64,000 nt of DNA, from contig JABDCX010000001.1 of the NCBI GenBank assembly GCA_013287915.1, positions 8,876 through 72,875 of the forward strand, written 5' to 3'. Of the stretch, positions 46,115-56,113 are shown piece by piece. Each line of letters starts with the position of its first letter. The first letter of the stretch is position 1. Source of the DNA: Chlamydiota bacterium. GTDB lineage: Bacteria; Chlamydiota; Chlamydiia; Chlamydiales; Parachlamydiaceae. Under the pieces are notes generated by a model. The model was not told the origin of the DNA, did no database searches, and worked only from the letters and a program-made list of their open reading frames with translations. A program made the translations under genes and the position numbers.

Positions 46115-49100
46115 CTACCAATTCGCTTGGATCCCTCCCAAAGCAGACCAAGAAGATGCGGATTGCCACACTTGACCGGCTCCCTCTAAATAGAAGCTGA
46201 TAAAATCGCCTGCGGGGATCGTGAGGTTCAGGATCCCTTCAAAGCTGCTCTTCTGTTCAGGAGCGCCGATAATGTCAAATTCCGTTCCAAATGCAGCAAA
46301 ACTGGTCTCGTTGGTGCGTCCTGAGCTTGCAAAGCGGTACAGCCATGCCAAATCCAAGGAAAGGCGCATCTGGCCTACGTCTGGAATCGTATTCAAGTGA
46401 ACACCCAAACGGCTGCTGCTCTTGAAAAAATCCTTGCCGTCAATGACCAGATCAAAAGAGCCCCCACCGTTTTCATGGAGCTGGTTGCGGTGTGCATACC
46501 CGAGCTCAAGACCCACAAAAGGTTGCGCGACGAGATATCCTAAGATCCCCCCATCCAAAACGTAATCGAACCCGGCTTCTCCATAAAACGTGCCTTGGTA
46601 GATATGCGTTTTGCCGTGTGTTTCCACAAAGATGGGAGCAGCAATAATCTTCCGCGTCACATTGCCGGTCGTTGTGCCGAAGGTCAAATCTCCCAATACG
46701 TAGTAAGCTTCTGGGCGATAAAGGGCATAAAGCCCTACATCGACCGTATTTATCTTCGCGTGCCCTGGCAGCTTGAACTTCAGATCGTCTTGGAAATAAC
46801 CCACTGCCAATCCCATCGTCCAGTCGTGATCAAACGTGTGTTGGATGCCTCCCACCACTTCATAGCCCGTGGCGTTCACACCATACCCTTCATGACCATT
46901 TTCAATCGAACTGCGCGAAGCTCCCCCTTCGACCCACATCGAATGGCCAGCCTCGATCGAATCGCGGCAGCAGTTTTCGGCAAAGTAGTTTTCATAGCAA
47001 GGCGCCGTGCGCATCAACACGCGCAAAGGGTCGTATAAGCGTCTGATAAATCTTCGGTTTGTCATGTCGGCAATTGTCATTTCGGTGGCGTATTGCTCAC
47101 CGCTCATCTCATCCAAAATAAAATTGATCTCGTCGCAAGGGAGCGTGACGAGCACTTGCAACAGCGCTTCGATGTCGGCAGGCGGATTGATCAAGTTGTC
47201 GAGCTGAATCGCAATATTGTCCTGATTCTGTGTGATCGCACAATTTTCAATGGTGGTTTCCAAAACGATATAGGCGTTTTGTGAATCATAAGTAGCAATC
47301 GCTTGAACGACCACGGGGTTAAAAAACCCGTGCGCGTTGACTTCTGAAAACGTCCCAGTCAACCCATCCGTCGTGTTGGAGTGGAGCACTGCATAAGGGT
47401 GATTGAGCAAGAACGTCCCATCAGAGGACGTCACATCGACTTCTCCGCCATTAATGACGACTGTGCCGGCGACAAAAGTTTCCGTGTTATTACCAGCTCC
47501 ATTGACCTGAACCGCGTACTGGCTATCAATCGCCATCTGATAATTGCCGCCTACATGGCATGTTCCAATGCTGTTGCCAGGGGCAAACAGCGCGCCTTTT
47601 AAGACCGACAAATTTCCGTTAATCGTCGAATTTCCGGTCATCACACCACCCAACACGACATTGCCAAGCACCGTTCCGTTTGCAACGAATGTTCCATCTG
47701 ATTTTACATAGACATTACCGCCTAAAACCGGATTATTCGTTAAAATCAAAGCCCCTTCCGCGATCGTCGTATTTACTAGAGTCTGATTGCTGTTAAACGT
47801 CAGTGATGCAGGACCGTCCTTGATCAAGTTTCCGGTTCCCGTGATCGACTGAGAATAGGTTCCATCTGTGAATTGTGTAAATTGAACTGTGCCGTTGTTC
47901 AAGATGCTTTGCTGAATACTAGTCGTATTTCCCTCCAACGTTCCGCTTGCCACGGTGATGGGAATGCCGCTCGCAGTAAAAGTATTCGTCCCCAGCATAT
48001 TGACCCTTCCACCCCCTGTAATGAGGAGAGTTCCCGTCCCAATCAGATTCCCCAGATACGTTCCATCAAACGATTGGTTGAAGGTCAAATTCGCATTGCT
48101 TAACAACTGAATGATCCCTTGCAACGAGGTGGTGGTACCAACCAAATTGGTGTTAACCCCAGAAACGATCGTCCCGTTGTTGTAGGAATTGGGTCCCGTA
48201 AAAGTCAGTTTTTGCCCCCCTTGTACGATCACACCCCCATTCCCAGAAATAGTTCCCGAATAGACCCCGTTCATCACAGGTGCATTCGTCCCGATGCTCT
48301 GATCGAAGACAACACCTGAAAGCGCATTCGTCAAAAAGAAATCACCCTGTAAAGCCTCTGAATTCCCATGGACTCCGACATTTGAACCAATTGTCGTTCC
48401 TCCTGTGTAGCTATTGACTCCCAATACCGTCACAACGCCAAGACTGGGTTTATTTGCCACCACAAGAGAGCCGGGTCCAGAAATATCGTTGACAAAAGTT
48501 GTTGTAACAGGGCTTAAAGTCAATGTCGTGTTATTGTCCAGGAAAAAATCACTCGTCAAATTATTGCCATTCCCAGTCAAATTCCCCGCCGTCAATTGCA
48601 CCAATCCCACATTGATTACGTTAAGATCACTTACTGTAACTGTGACACCAGGAAAAAGAATATCAACCTCCACGGTACCTAAGATCCCACCTGTAGAAGT
48701 AATATCATGCGAGAAGGTCCCGTTGGCATTTTGACGGAAAATGAGCCTCGAATTATCATCACTTAGGAAAATCTTCGACCGTAAGCTGTTGGTGTCTCCC
48801 GCCAAAATCCCGTTCTGGATGGTGACAGGGACAGAAACGAAAGAAGAACCAGGAGGAATTCCGATCGTACCTGGGATCTTCACCTCCCCACCGCCTGTGA
48901 TGGTGACAGCATTTGCCACCACTGCCGTTCCACTAATCGTCCCATTGAAAATCCCGTTAAAGTCTTGGTCAAATGTCAATGTTGCGTCGGGCGATCCCCC
49001 ACTATTGACGACCACGCTATTTGCTAAGCTCATCGTATTTCCAATTAAACTGTTGTTCCCAGAAACGATTGTTGGGCCACCAAAGGTATTGGGTGCAGTC

Positions 49101-50059
49101 AGAAAAGTGGTTGTGCGATTACTGAGACCCGGTACCGGGTTATTAAAGACCAACGAGCAGCCAACTCCTGTGACAGGACCCGCGATCGTCATCGTTTGAG
49201 AATTTCCAGTGATTGTCAATTGATGACCACCTATTAAAAAATTGACCGCTGAAGTTTGATCGGTATTCAAAGACTGCAATGTGTTGTTTTGATTGATGTC
49301 TAAGCCGCTGCTATTGATCAAAGTCACATTAGCCAAATTCCCGCTATTGGCAGCGGAGGTAGGATCAAATACGATGAAGCCATTATTAGCCGTCATGTTT
49401 GCTAAACCCGCATTCGCGCTTCCACTAAAAACAACAGACCCTCCCGAAAAGGTCTTAATCGTTGCACTAGCCGCTATTGAGCTGCCCTGAAAGGTAAGGG
49501 AGGATAGGGGGCCCGTTACACTAAAATTAGCATTGTTTGCTGTACTTGTTCCGTCAAATGTAACATGTGATCGATCCAACAAATTGTAGTAGACAGCGCC
49601 GCTATTAGCCGCATCCGCGGTACATTGGACACCACCAGTACCATTAAACAAAATGGTTCCGTTGCTGGAAACCTTGATGATCGGCGATGACGGTGATGTA
49701 TTTGTGATCCCCAGAAAAGGGAGTGGAGGGAGCCCATTACCAAAAGAGAGGGAGGCATTAACGATCATGACGTAGGAATCACCGGAAAAATTGATCTGGC
49801 CAGGGATCCAGTTGTTAGGCACTACAACATATAAGGGGAGATGCTCCTGGACAATTTCTGTATTGTCAAAATGGGCTATTTCCCCCCCTCCAGGAACACC
49901 TGCAGTCCAGTTACCACCCAAAATAATGTTACTCGAAAAACCATTTTGCCCATTTGTCCAACTGCCAGTACCACCAAAAAGATGGATGGGATTGGCAATC
50001 GCATAGACGACGCACAAACCAATAAACGCTCGCATCCTCACTGATTTTATAAACATCAT
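46115..50059 (-). CDS. Autotransporter outer-membrane protein (Pmp-like adhesin), paralog C (first in array)
   Basis: Same architecture, with a barrel ending in IQANW. The ORF track starts at 50095. I prefer the ATG at 50059 (MMFIKSVRMRAFIGLCVVYAIANPIHL...) because GGAGAG lies 6 nt upstream and it aligns with the start of paralog B. Confidence 0.85.
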   Translation of the reverse strand: MMFIKSVRMRAFIGLCVVYAIANPIHLFGGTGSWTNGQNGFSSNIILGGNWTAGVPGGGEIAHFDNTEIVQEHLPLYVVVPNNWIPGQINFSGDSYVMIVNASLSFGNGLPPLPFLGITNTSPSSPIIKVSSNGTILFNGTGGVQCTADAANSGAVYYNLLDRSHVTFDGTSTANNANFSVTGPLSSLTFQGSSIAASATIKTFSGGSVVFSGSANAGLANMTANNGFIVFDPTSAANSGNLANVTLINSSGLDINQNNTLQSLNTDQTSAVNFLIGGHQLTITGNSQTMTIAGPVTGVGCSLVFNNPVPGLSNRTTTFLTAPNTFGGPTIVSGNNSLIGNTMSLANSVVVNSGGSPDATLTFDQDFNGIFNGTISGTAVVANAVTITGGGEVKIPGTIGIPPGSSFVSVPVTIQNGILAGDTNSLRSKIFLSDDNSRLIFRQNANGTFSHDITSTGGILGTVEVDILFPGVTVTVSDLNVINVGLVQLTAGNLTGNGNNLTSDFFLDNNTTLTLSPVTTTFVNDISGPGSLVVANKPSLGVVTVLGVNSYTGGTTIGSNVGVHGNSEALQGDFFLTNALSGVVFDQSIGTNAPVMNGVYSGTISGNGGVIVQGGQKLTFTGPNSYNNGTIVSGVNTNLVGTTTSLQGIIQLLSNANLTFNQSFDGTYLGNLIGTGTLLITGGGRVNMLGTNTFTASGIPITVASGTLEGNTTSIQQSILNNGTVQFTQFTDGTYSQSITGTGNLIKDGPASLTFNSNQTLVNTTIAEGALILTNNPVLGGNVYVKSDGTFVANGTVLGNVVLGGVMTGNSTINGNLSVLKGALFAPGNSIGTCHVGGNYQMAIDSQYAVQVNGAGNNTETFVAGTVVINGGEVDVTSSDGTFLLNHPYAVLHSNTTDGLTGTFSEVNAHGFFNPVVVQAIATYDSQNAYIVLETTIENCAITQNQDNIAIQLDNLINPPADIEALLQVLVTLPCDEINFILDEMSGEQYATEMTIADMTNRRFIRRLYDPLRVLMRTAPCYENYFAENCCRDSIEAGHSMWVEGGASRSSIENGHEGYGVNATGYEVVGGIQHTFDHDWTMGLAVGYFQDDLKFKLPGHAKINTVDVGLYALYRPEAYYVLGDLTFGTTTGNVTRKIIAAPIFVETHGKTHIYQGTFYGEAGFDYVLDGGILGYLVAQPFVGLELGYAHRNQLHENGGGSFDLVIDGKDFFKSSSRLGVHLNTIPDVGQMRLSLDLAWLYRFASSGRTNETSFAAFGTEFDIIGAPEQKSSFEGILNLTIPAGDFISFYLEGAGQVWQSASSWSALGGIQANW

Positions 50060-50162
50060 CCTGATCTCTCCATAGAAACTTCTCTTAAAATACATAAAAT
50101 TTCAAATTTCCGACCGAATTCCAGACCCTAGCAAGCGTTTGCTTTAGAGTCAATATCGAATT

Positions 50163-52058
50163 TTATATTTCAACAATCCCTTCTTCCAACCAACGGAAGG
50201 CTCCTTCAAGCGTGACTTCGGCAAGCGCATTGCCAGGCTTATCATCGTTGTTGGAAAGCGCTTTGAAGTTCTCTGTGATGCGCCTTTGAGCTAAGGTGCA
50301 AAAGTAATCGGCCAGATCGATGGGGGATTCTTTTTTATCCCCCTGCTCTTTAAGTTTGATGGCATAGGAGCAAGTGGCTGCCATCGCAAACAGATCGGTG
50401 CCAATTTCCATGAGGCGCCCTAAAAGCAATTGCCGCTTTTCCAAGCCCTGCTGGTAGCGCGCCATGGCATTAAAAATCTTCCTAGCAAGGATGTGCGCGT
50501 GTTTTTCGATAAATTTTAGGTGCTTGGCCAAGCGGGGGCTTTGGGGATAGGAGGAAGAAAAAAGGGTCGATAACAATTGCTTGGGATACCACAGTCCATA
50601 AAAGCCAATGGCTTGCACAACGGCCTTGATTTTTGATCCGATGGTGGCTTTTGGGTTAAGTAGAGCGCTTAGGCGTTTCAGATGGGGATCCATCGCTTCT
50701 CTGGCCAAAAAGAGCTTCATGATCTCTGAAGAACCTTCCAAAATAAGATTGACGCGGCAGTCGCGCATGATCCTTTCAACGGGATAAGGGGGCTCTCCGC
50801 GCGCTTCTAAAGAGCTTGCCTTTTCATAGCCCCGGCCGCCGCGCAATTGCATCGTCTTATCGACAATCTTCCATAAACTTTCTGTGCAAAACAACTTGGC
50901 CATCGCAGCTTCGATTCGAATATCGTATTTTTTCTCATCGGCAAAGGCGCATGTCAGCCAGCTCACCGCTTCCATCGCCAACGTCGTCGCTGCAATGTAG
51001 GAGATTTTCTCACGCCCATTCTCATGCAAGCCTACGGGCATTCCCCACTGAACGCGGCTAGCGCCCCAGCGGCGTGCAATGGACAAACATTGCTTAGCTC
51101 CCCCTGTGCAGGCGGCTGGCAGTGTCAAGCGGCCGACGTTGATAGTGCCAAGCGCCAAGGCAAGGCCTCTTCCTTCTTCCCAAAGCAAGTTTTCAACGGG
51201 GACCTTCACGTTTTTAAAACGCAATAGCCCGTTGTAGATGCCACCAAGGCCCATAAATTCGCAACGATGGACAACTTCAAAACCTTGGGCGGGAAGCTCG
51301 ACAATAAAGGCTGAAATCTGCTTGCGCTCCTTTCCCTTGATCACTTTTGGAGCCGTTTTGGCAGTGACGACGAGCAGATCGGCAATCGTTCCATTGGTGC
51401 ACCAAAGCTTATCTCCGTTGATGATATAGTACTTTCCATCTTCCGAAATTTCAGCTGTCGTAGACATCTGGGCAGGGTCAGAGCCAACGTCTGGCTCTGT
51501 CAGAGCGAAAGCGGAGATTGCCCCTTGGCGAAAGCGGGGAAGAAATTTTTTCTTCTGCGCTTCTGTCCCATACATTTTCAAAGGCTGTGGAACGCCGATA
51601 GACTGGTGCGCAGAGATGAGGACTGCTGTAGAGCCACAGTAAGAAGCCACCTGCATCACAAGGCGGCAGTAATTTGTTTGAGAAAGTCCAAGCCCCCCAT
51701 ACTCCTTATCGATTTTAAGGGCAAAAATCCCCATTTTTTTCATTTCGTCAATCACTTGCTTAGGAATCTCGCGCGTCTTATCGACAAGCTCCGGATCTAA
51801 ATGTTGTTTTAAATAGCTCATGAGCCGGTCGATGATCACATCGCCCAGACGCTTGTCTTCCTCGCTTTGCAAGGGGAAAGGGTAAACCATGTCGTACGAA
51901 AAATTGCCCATGAAGAGATTTGCCCCAAACGATGGAAGATTGGCTTCTTTGCGCGCTTCTTCGGTGATTTGCATCGCCTGCTGCTTCTGCACATTCCCCT
52001 CTGCTGCTGCATTTGCAAGCGTATCGGATGTGTCAGGCTTATTCTCCAGCATCGTCAT
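50163..52058 (-). CDS. Acyl-CoA dehydrogenase with long C-terminal extension
   Basis: Contains the ACAD signature FALTEPDVGSDPAQMST, then QLRGGRGY. The 631-aa length implies an extra C-terminal helical domain, as in FadE/VLCAD-like enzymes. Confidence 0.85.
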   Translation of the reverse strand: MTMLENKPDTSDTLANAAAEGNVQKQQAMQITEEARKEANLPSFGANLFMGNFSYDMVYPFPLQSEEDKRLGDVIIDRLMSYLKQHLDPELVDKTREIPKQVIDEMKKMGIFALKIDKEYGGLGLSQTNYCRLVMQVASYCGSTAVLISAHQSIGVPQPLKMYGTEAQKKKFLPRFRQGAISAFALTEPDVGSDPAQMSTTAEISEDGKYYIINGDKLWCTNGTIADLLVVTAKTAPKVIKGKERKQISAFIVELPAQGFEVVHRCEFMGLGGIYNGLLRFKNVKVPVENLLWEEGRGLALALGTINVGRLTLPAACTGGAKQCLSIARRWGASRVQWGMPVGLHENGREKISYIAATTLAMEAVSWLTCAFADEKKYDIRIEAAMAKLFCTESLWKIVDKTMQLRGGRGYEKASSLEARGEPPYPVERIMRDCRVNLILEGSSEIMKLFLAREAMDPHLKRLSALLNPKATIGSKIKAVVQAIGFYGLWYPKQLLSTLFSSSYPQSPRLAKHLKFIEKHAHILARKIFNAMARYQQGLEKRQLLLGRLMEIGTDLFAMAATCSYAIKLKEQGDKKESPIDLADYFCTLAQRRITENFKALSNNDDKPGNALAEVTLEGAFRWLEEGIVEI

Positions 52059-52157
52059 GATTTTTCCTCGTGAAAATTAAATTTTACTTTTAACCTTTAG
52101 ATTTTTTTTGACAATAGAAACTTCTCATGCAATATAAGAAAAAAAAGGAAGGTAACC

Positions 52158-52481
52158 ATGCCATGCAAAATAATGCGTTTTTTCATAGTCGCTTTGAGCG
52201 CCTCGTGTTTGGTCTCGACGTCTATCCAAGCCGTCTTGCCCCCCTATTACCAAAGCTTGAAGGAGTATCAGGCTCTTCTCGACGATCCGCAACTCAAGGA
52301 ACTGTTCAATTCTGCGGAAATGCTCGTCGACATTAAAAGGGAGGAGAAGCGATTTATCATTGAAACGTCACAAAACATCCTCATCGTCACAGTGGAGTAT
52401 GAAAAGCCAACCCAACCAGGACCCGCCATTTTCAAATTCACCTTTGGCTCCCCCATCCCCCTCCCTCACAAGGAAAAATAG
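52158..52481 (+). CDS. Small secreted hypothetical protein
   Basis: GGAAGG lies 6 nt upstream of the ATG. It has a signal peptide (MRFFIVALSASCLVSTSIQA) and no recognisable motif. Confidence 0.5.
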   Translation: MPCKIMRFFIVALSASCLVSTSIQAVLPPYYQSLKEYQALLDDPQLKELFNSAEMLVDIKREEKRFIIETSQNILIVTVEYEKPTQPGPAIFKFTFGSPIPLPHKEK

Positions 52482-52713
52482 GATTTTATTCTTAACAAAA
52501 AGTCACAAAGAATGAGTAAGATGCGACCTATTCATTTAAACGTTTTCTTTGTGTCTTAGCGCCTTTGCGTTTAAACCGTGAGAGGATAGGAAGATAGTCA
52601 TGTGCAAATTATCCTAGAAACGGCAGTTCAAGATGATAAAGTGATGCAAGACTCAAACATGATAGTGGACAAAAATACAGGGGTTATCGTAATATAGTTA
52701 TCCTTAATCCCTT

Positions 52714-53607
52714 ATGATGATTATGCATATCTTTGTTTCCTTTTTTGCAGTTTTTCTCATAGCGACTTCTTCACTGGTTGCTGAAACGCCTACCGAATTT
52801 GTTTTCAACATCCGCCAAATATCCGATTCAGAAGGGTCCCCAATAGATGAAGAGGGGTGGATTCAACGGTACAACCTCGATGGCGTGTCCGCTGAACTTG
52901 ATCGAGCCGCTCACAACACCTTTGGCGCGGGATTGCTCGAATTTGCAGGCTATTTCCCCCATCAGCTTTTCACAGGCGTTTACCGAGAAGGAAACGAAAT
53001 CCATCCCCTAGTAAAAATCACATTTGTCAATGGGATCCTCAGCGCAGAGCAAGATACAGAAAATATCCTGCAAGAAATATCAAACACTCACGGCGGTAAC
53101 CAGATTTACTATGTCTATCGGCCTACAGAAGGGTGGACAATAGACGTCTACAACTGCATATTGTCAAAGCTCGGATTCGTTACCCCACAAGCTGCTACAC
53201 TCGCTCTCATCTGGAAACGATTGATTGAGGAGATGGGCGGCCCTGGTGCAGGGGGGACGATTCTCCATTTTGCGCATAGTGTGGGAGGCACGGATAGCTT
53301 TGTGGCTGGATGTCTACTAACAGAAGAAGAGCAAAAGATGATCCATGTATTCACCTTTGGCTCTCCCACGTTGATCCCCACCAACTCTGGATTTGCAAGC
53401 GTGACCAACTACGTCAGTGTGCGCGACGGTGTCCCCCTTTTCGATTTTTTCCGTCAGGTTCAAGAATTTATTACATGCGAAGGAAATATCCGCTACGTCG
53501 GTAATTTGTGGACCGGCTACTGGCTTGTGGACCATCTTTTCTTGTACGACGCTTATCGGAATGAAGTTCAAAAGCTTGGCTTAGAGTTCCTACAGAAATA
53601 CAATTGA
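52714..53607 (+). CDS. Secreted class-3-lipase-like alpha/beta hydrolase (putative)
   Basis: It has a signal peptide. ILHFAHSVGGTDSF (nucleophile elbow AHSVG) followed by IHVFTFGSPTL parallels GHSLGG ... TFGSPRVG of the lipase_3 family. Confidence 0.5.
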   Translation: MMIMHIFVSFFAVFLIATSSLVAETPTEFVFNIRQISDSEGSPIDEEGWIQRYNLDGVSAELDRAAHNTFGAGLLEFAGYFPHQLFTGVYREGNEIHPLVKITFVNGILSAEQDTENILQEISNTHGGNQIYYVYRPTEGWTIDVYNCILSKLGFVTPQAATLALIWKRLIEEMGGPGAGGTILHFAHSVGGTDSFVAGCLLTEEEQKMIHVFTFGSPTLIPTNSGFASVTNYVSVRDGVPLFDFFRQVQEFITCEGNIRYVGNLWTGYWLVDHLFLYDAYRNEVQKLGLEFLQKYN

Positions 53608-53670
53608 TTTATAATTCTTGAAGCTGGCAAAATGGATCATTGACCGCTGATTGCAATCAAAGATAACACT

Positions 53671-53744
53671 GCACTGGTAGCTCAACTGGATAGAGTACCC
53701 GGCTACGAACCGGGAGGTTAGAGGTTCAAGCCCTCTCCAGTGCA
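53671..53744 (+). tRNA. tRNA-Arg (anticodon ACG)
   Basis: A 74-nt cloverleaf: acceptor GCACTGG/CCAGTGC, anticodon arm CCCGG-CTACGAA-CCGGG, T arm AGAGG-TTCAAGC-CCTCT, discriminator A. No CCA is encoded. Confidence 0.93.
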
Positions 53745-53759
53745 TCCTTTAGGTGTCTT

Positions 53760-54419
53760 ATGCTGACACAAACGATACCCTCAGGTCCATTCGCCACAAA
53801 CGCCTATGTCATCGCTTGTGAGAATACCCGACAAGCGGTCATTATCGATCCAGCTCCCAATAGCACACAGGCGATTGTGAATGCGCTAACCGAAAAGCAA
53901 CTCACGCCCGTTGCGATCTGGTTAACTCACTCCCATTGGGATCACATTGCCGATGTTGCCCCCTTAAAAAATACCTATCGCATTCCCGTCATGGTTCATT
54001 CAGAAGACGCACCCAATCTACAAAATCCAGGTAGCGATTCGCTCCCGTGTTGGATTTCGATCGAAGGTGTCGAGACATTCACCCCGATCGATGAGGGCAC
54101 CCGCCTCACGGTTGGCGACTTAACCTTTCGAGTGATTCACACACCGGGCCATACACCGGGCGGCGTCTGTTTTTATTGCCCCGAAAACAGCGTTCTATTT
54201 TCGGGCGATACGCTCTTCAAGGGAACCATCGGCAACCTCTCTTTTGCGACGGCTCGGCCACACCTGATGTGGCCTTCCCTAAAGAAATTGGCATTGCTTC
54301 CTCCCGATACAAAAGTGTATCCTGGCCACGGTCCTCGCACGACGATTGGGGCAGAAACGTGGCTCAACCGGGCTGAAGAAGTTTTTGGTGGTGATGTCTA
54401 CGACGATGATGATGATTAA
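53760..54419 (+). CDS. MBL-fold metallo-hydrolase (hydroxyacylglutathione hydrolase/GloB-like)
   Basis: Contains THSHWDH (HxHxDH), HTPGHTPGG, and GHG near the C-terminus. It ends in a poly-Asp tail (DDDDD). Confidence 0.85.
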   Translation: MLTQTIPSGPFATNAYVIACENTRQAVIIDPAPNSTQAIVNALTEKQLTPVAIWLTHSHWDHIADVAPLKNTYRIPVMVHSEDAPNLQNPGSDSLPCWISIEGVETFTPIDEGTRLTVGDLTFRVIHTPGHTPGGVCFYCPENSVLFSGDTLFKGTIGNLSFATARPHLMWPSLKKLALLPPDTKVYPGHGPRTTIGAETWLNRAEEVFGGDVYDDDDD

Positions 54420-54431
54420 AAGGAGGCCTTT

Positions 54432-55008
<577 letters not shown>

Positions 55009-55022
<14 letters not shown>

Positions 55023-55392
55023 GGTAGTCGTACAGGTCAGCTTCGCTGATGATGAGAATCGAGTGGTACTGAGCACAAACCGGAACGACCGTATCGATGA
55101 TTTCAGAATCGCCCACTCCCGGAAGGCAAATGGCCGATAAGTCGGTCAACTGTTCTTTCAGAACTTTGATGCCGTACATATAGTCGGGATAGCTAAACCC
55201 CTCTTCCCTAACGCGTAAAAAGACCAAAGAGGAGTGGTGGAGAAGGGCTTGGATAGCATAGTAAATTCCCAAACTCTCTTTCGGAGGGTTGCCCAATCCA
55301 TCATGCAATTGAGGAATGGTGTGAAAAATGTGAGGGGTCCGGAACTCCCCCTTTTCAGCTTCACCGAATAATGCAACAGTAGATAGCTTCAT
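55009..55392 (-). CDS. Hypothetical protein
   Basis: A strong GGGAGGAA Shine-Dalgarno lies upstream of the ATG. The 127-aa product has no recognisable motif and converges on ahpC with a 14-nt overlap. Confidence 0.55.
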
Positions 55393-55472
55393 ATTCCTCC
55401 CTCTATTGCAAACCTATACTATACTTATATTATAGTATAATTTAATATATTTTACAAATCGAGGGGTGTAGC

Positions 55473-56081
55473 ATGGTCCCACAAAAAGCGGAGATCTCAG
55501 AAGAAACCACGTTCTACGTGGTCAGACATGGACAGACCGATTGGAACGTCCAAAACATCGTCCAAGGCCATCATGACATTCCACTCAACAATGTGGGGCG
55601 TTCTGAGTCGCTTTCACTGTCTCAGACGCTCATGCAAACCAGGTTTTCTGCCTGCTTTTCATCCGACCTCAAAAGGGCTTTTGAAACAGCTCAAATCGTC
55701 GTCCAAAACAGGCCTCTTGAGATCAAAAGCTATCCACGCCTACGCGAAAGGTACTTTGGACCCCTATGGCAGGGGCGTCCATTTGCTGAATATCTCCAAT
55801 CTCCCCAAGAGCTTCGCCAAGATGTGGAAAGCGAAACTCAAGTGAAAAGTCGGGTTTTGGCCTCTTTTTTAGATATGGTCACACACCACCCTGGCAGCCC
55901 CATTCTCGTCGTCACACACGGCGGGGTGCTACGCTTGCTTCTTGGACACATTCTGGCCCTAGATTTTACCCAACATGAGATGTCCACCCAAAACAACTGC
56001 GTCGCTAAAATTGTTTTCACCCAAGACTCCTGGAAGGTGCATGAGCTAAAAGGAATTGAGCTCAAAAAGAAAGAACCTTAA
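55473..56081 (+). CDS. Histidine phosphatase family protein (phosphoglycerate mutase-like)
   Basis: Contains FYVVRHGQTDWN (RHGxTxWN) and a later VVTHGGVLR (catalytic His). Confidence 0.9.
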   Translation: MVPQKAEISEETTFYVVRHGQTDWNVQNIVQGHHDIPLNNVGRSESLSLSQTLMQTRFSACFSSDLKRAFETAQIVVQNRPLEIKSYPRLRERYFGPLWQGRPFAEYLQSPQELRQDVESETQVKSRVLASFLDMVTHHPGSPILVVTHGGVLRLLLGHILALDFTQHEMSTQNNCVAKIVFTQDSWKVHELKGIELKKKEP

Positions 56082-56113
56082 GAGAGAGGTAGTTGCTAAA
56101 ATATTTTTGCATT

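Noticed and set aside
36718-50059. Diversity-generating retroelement or phase-variable repeat tracts driving autotransporter variation
   Set aside because: There is no reverse transcriptase, template repeat, or long homopolymer or short-tandem tract at the 5' ends in this window. Divergence looks like ordinary paralog drift plus one conversion tract.
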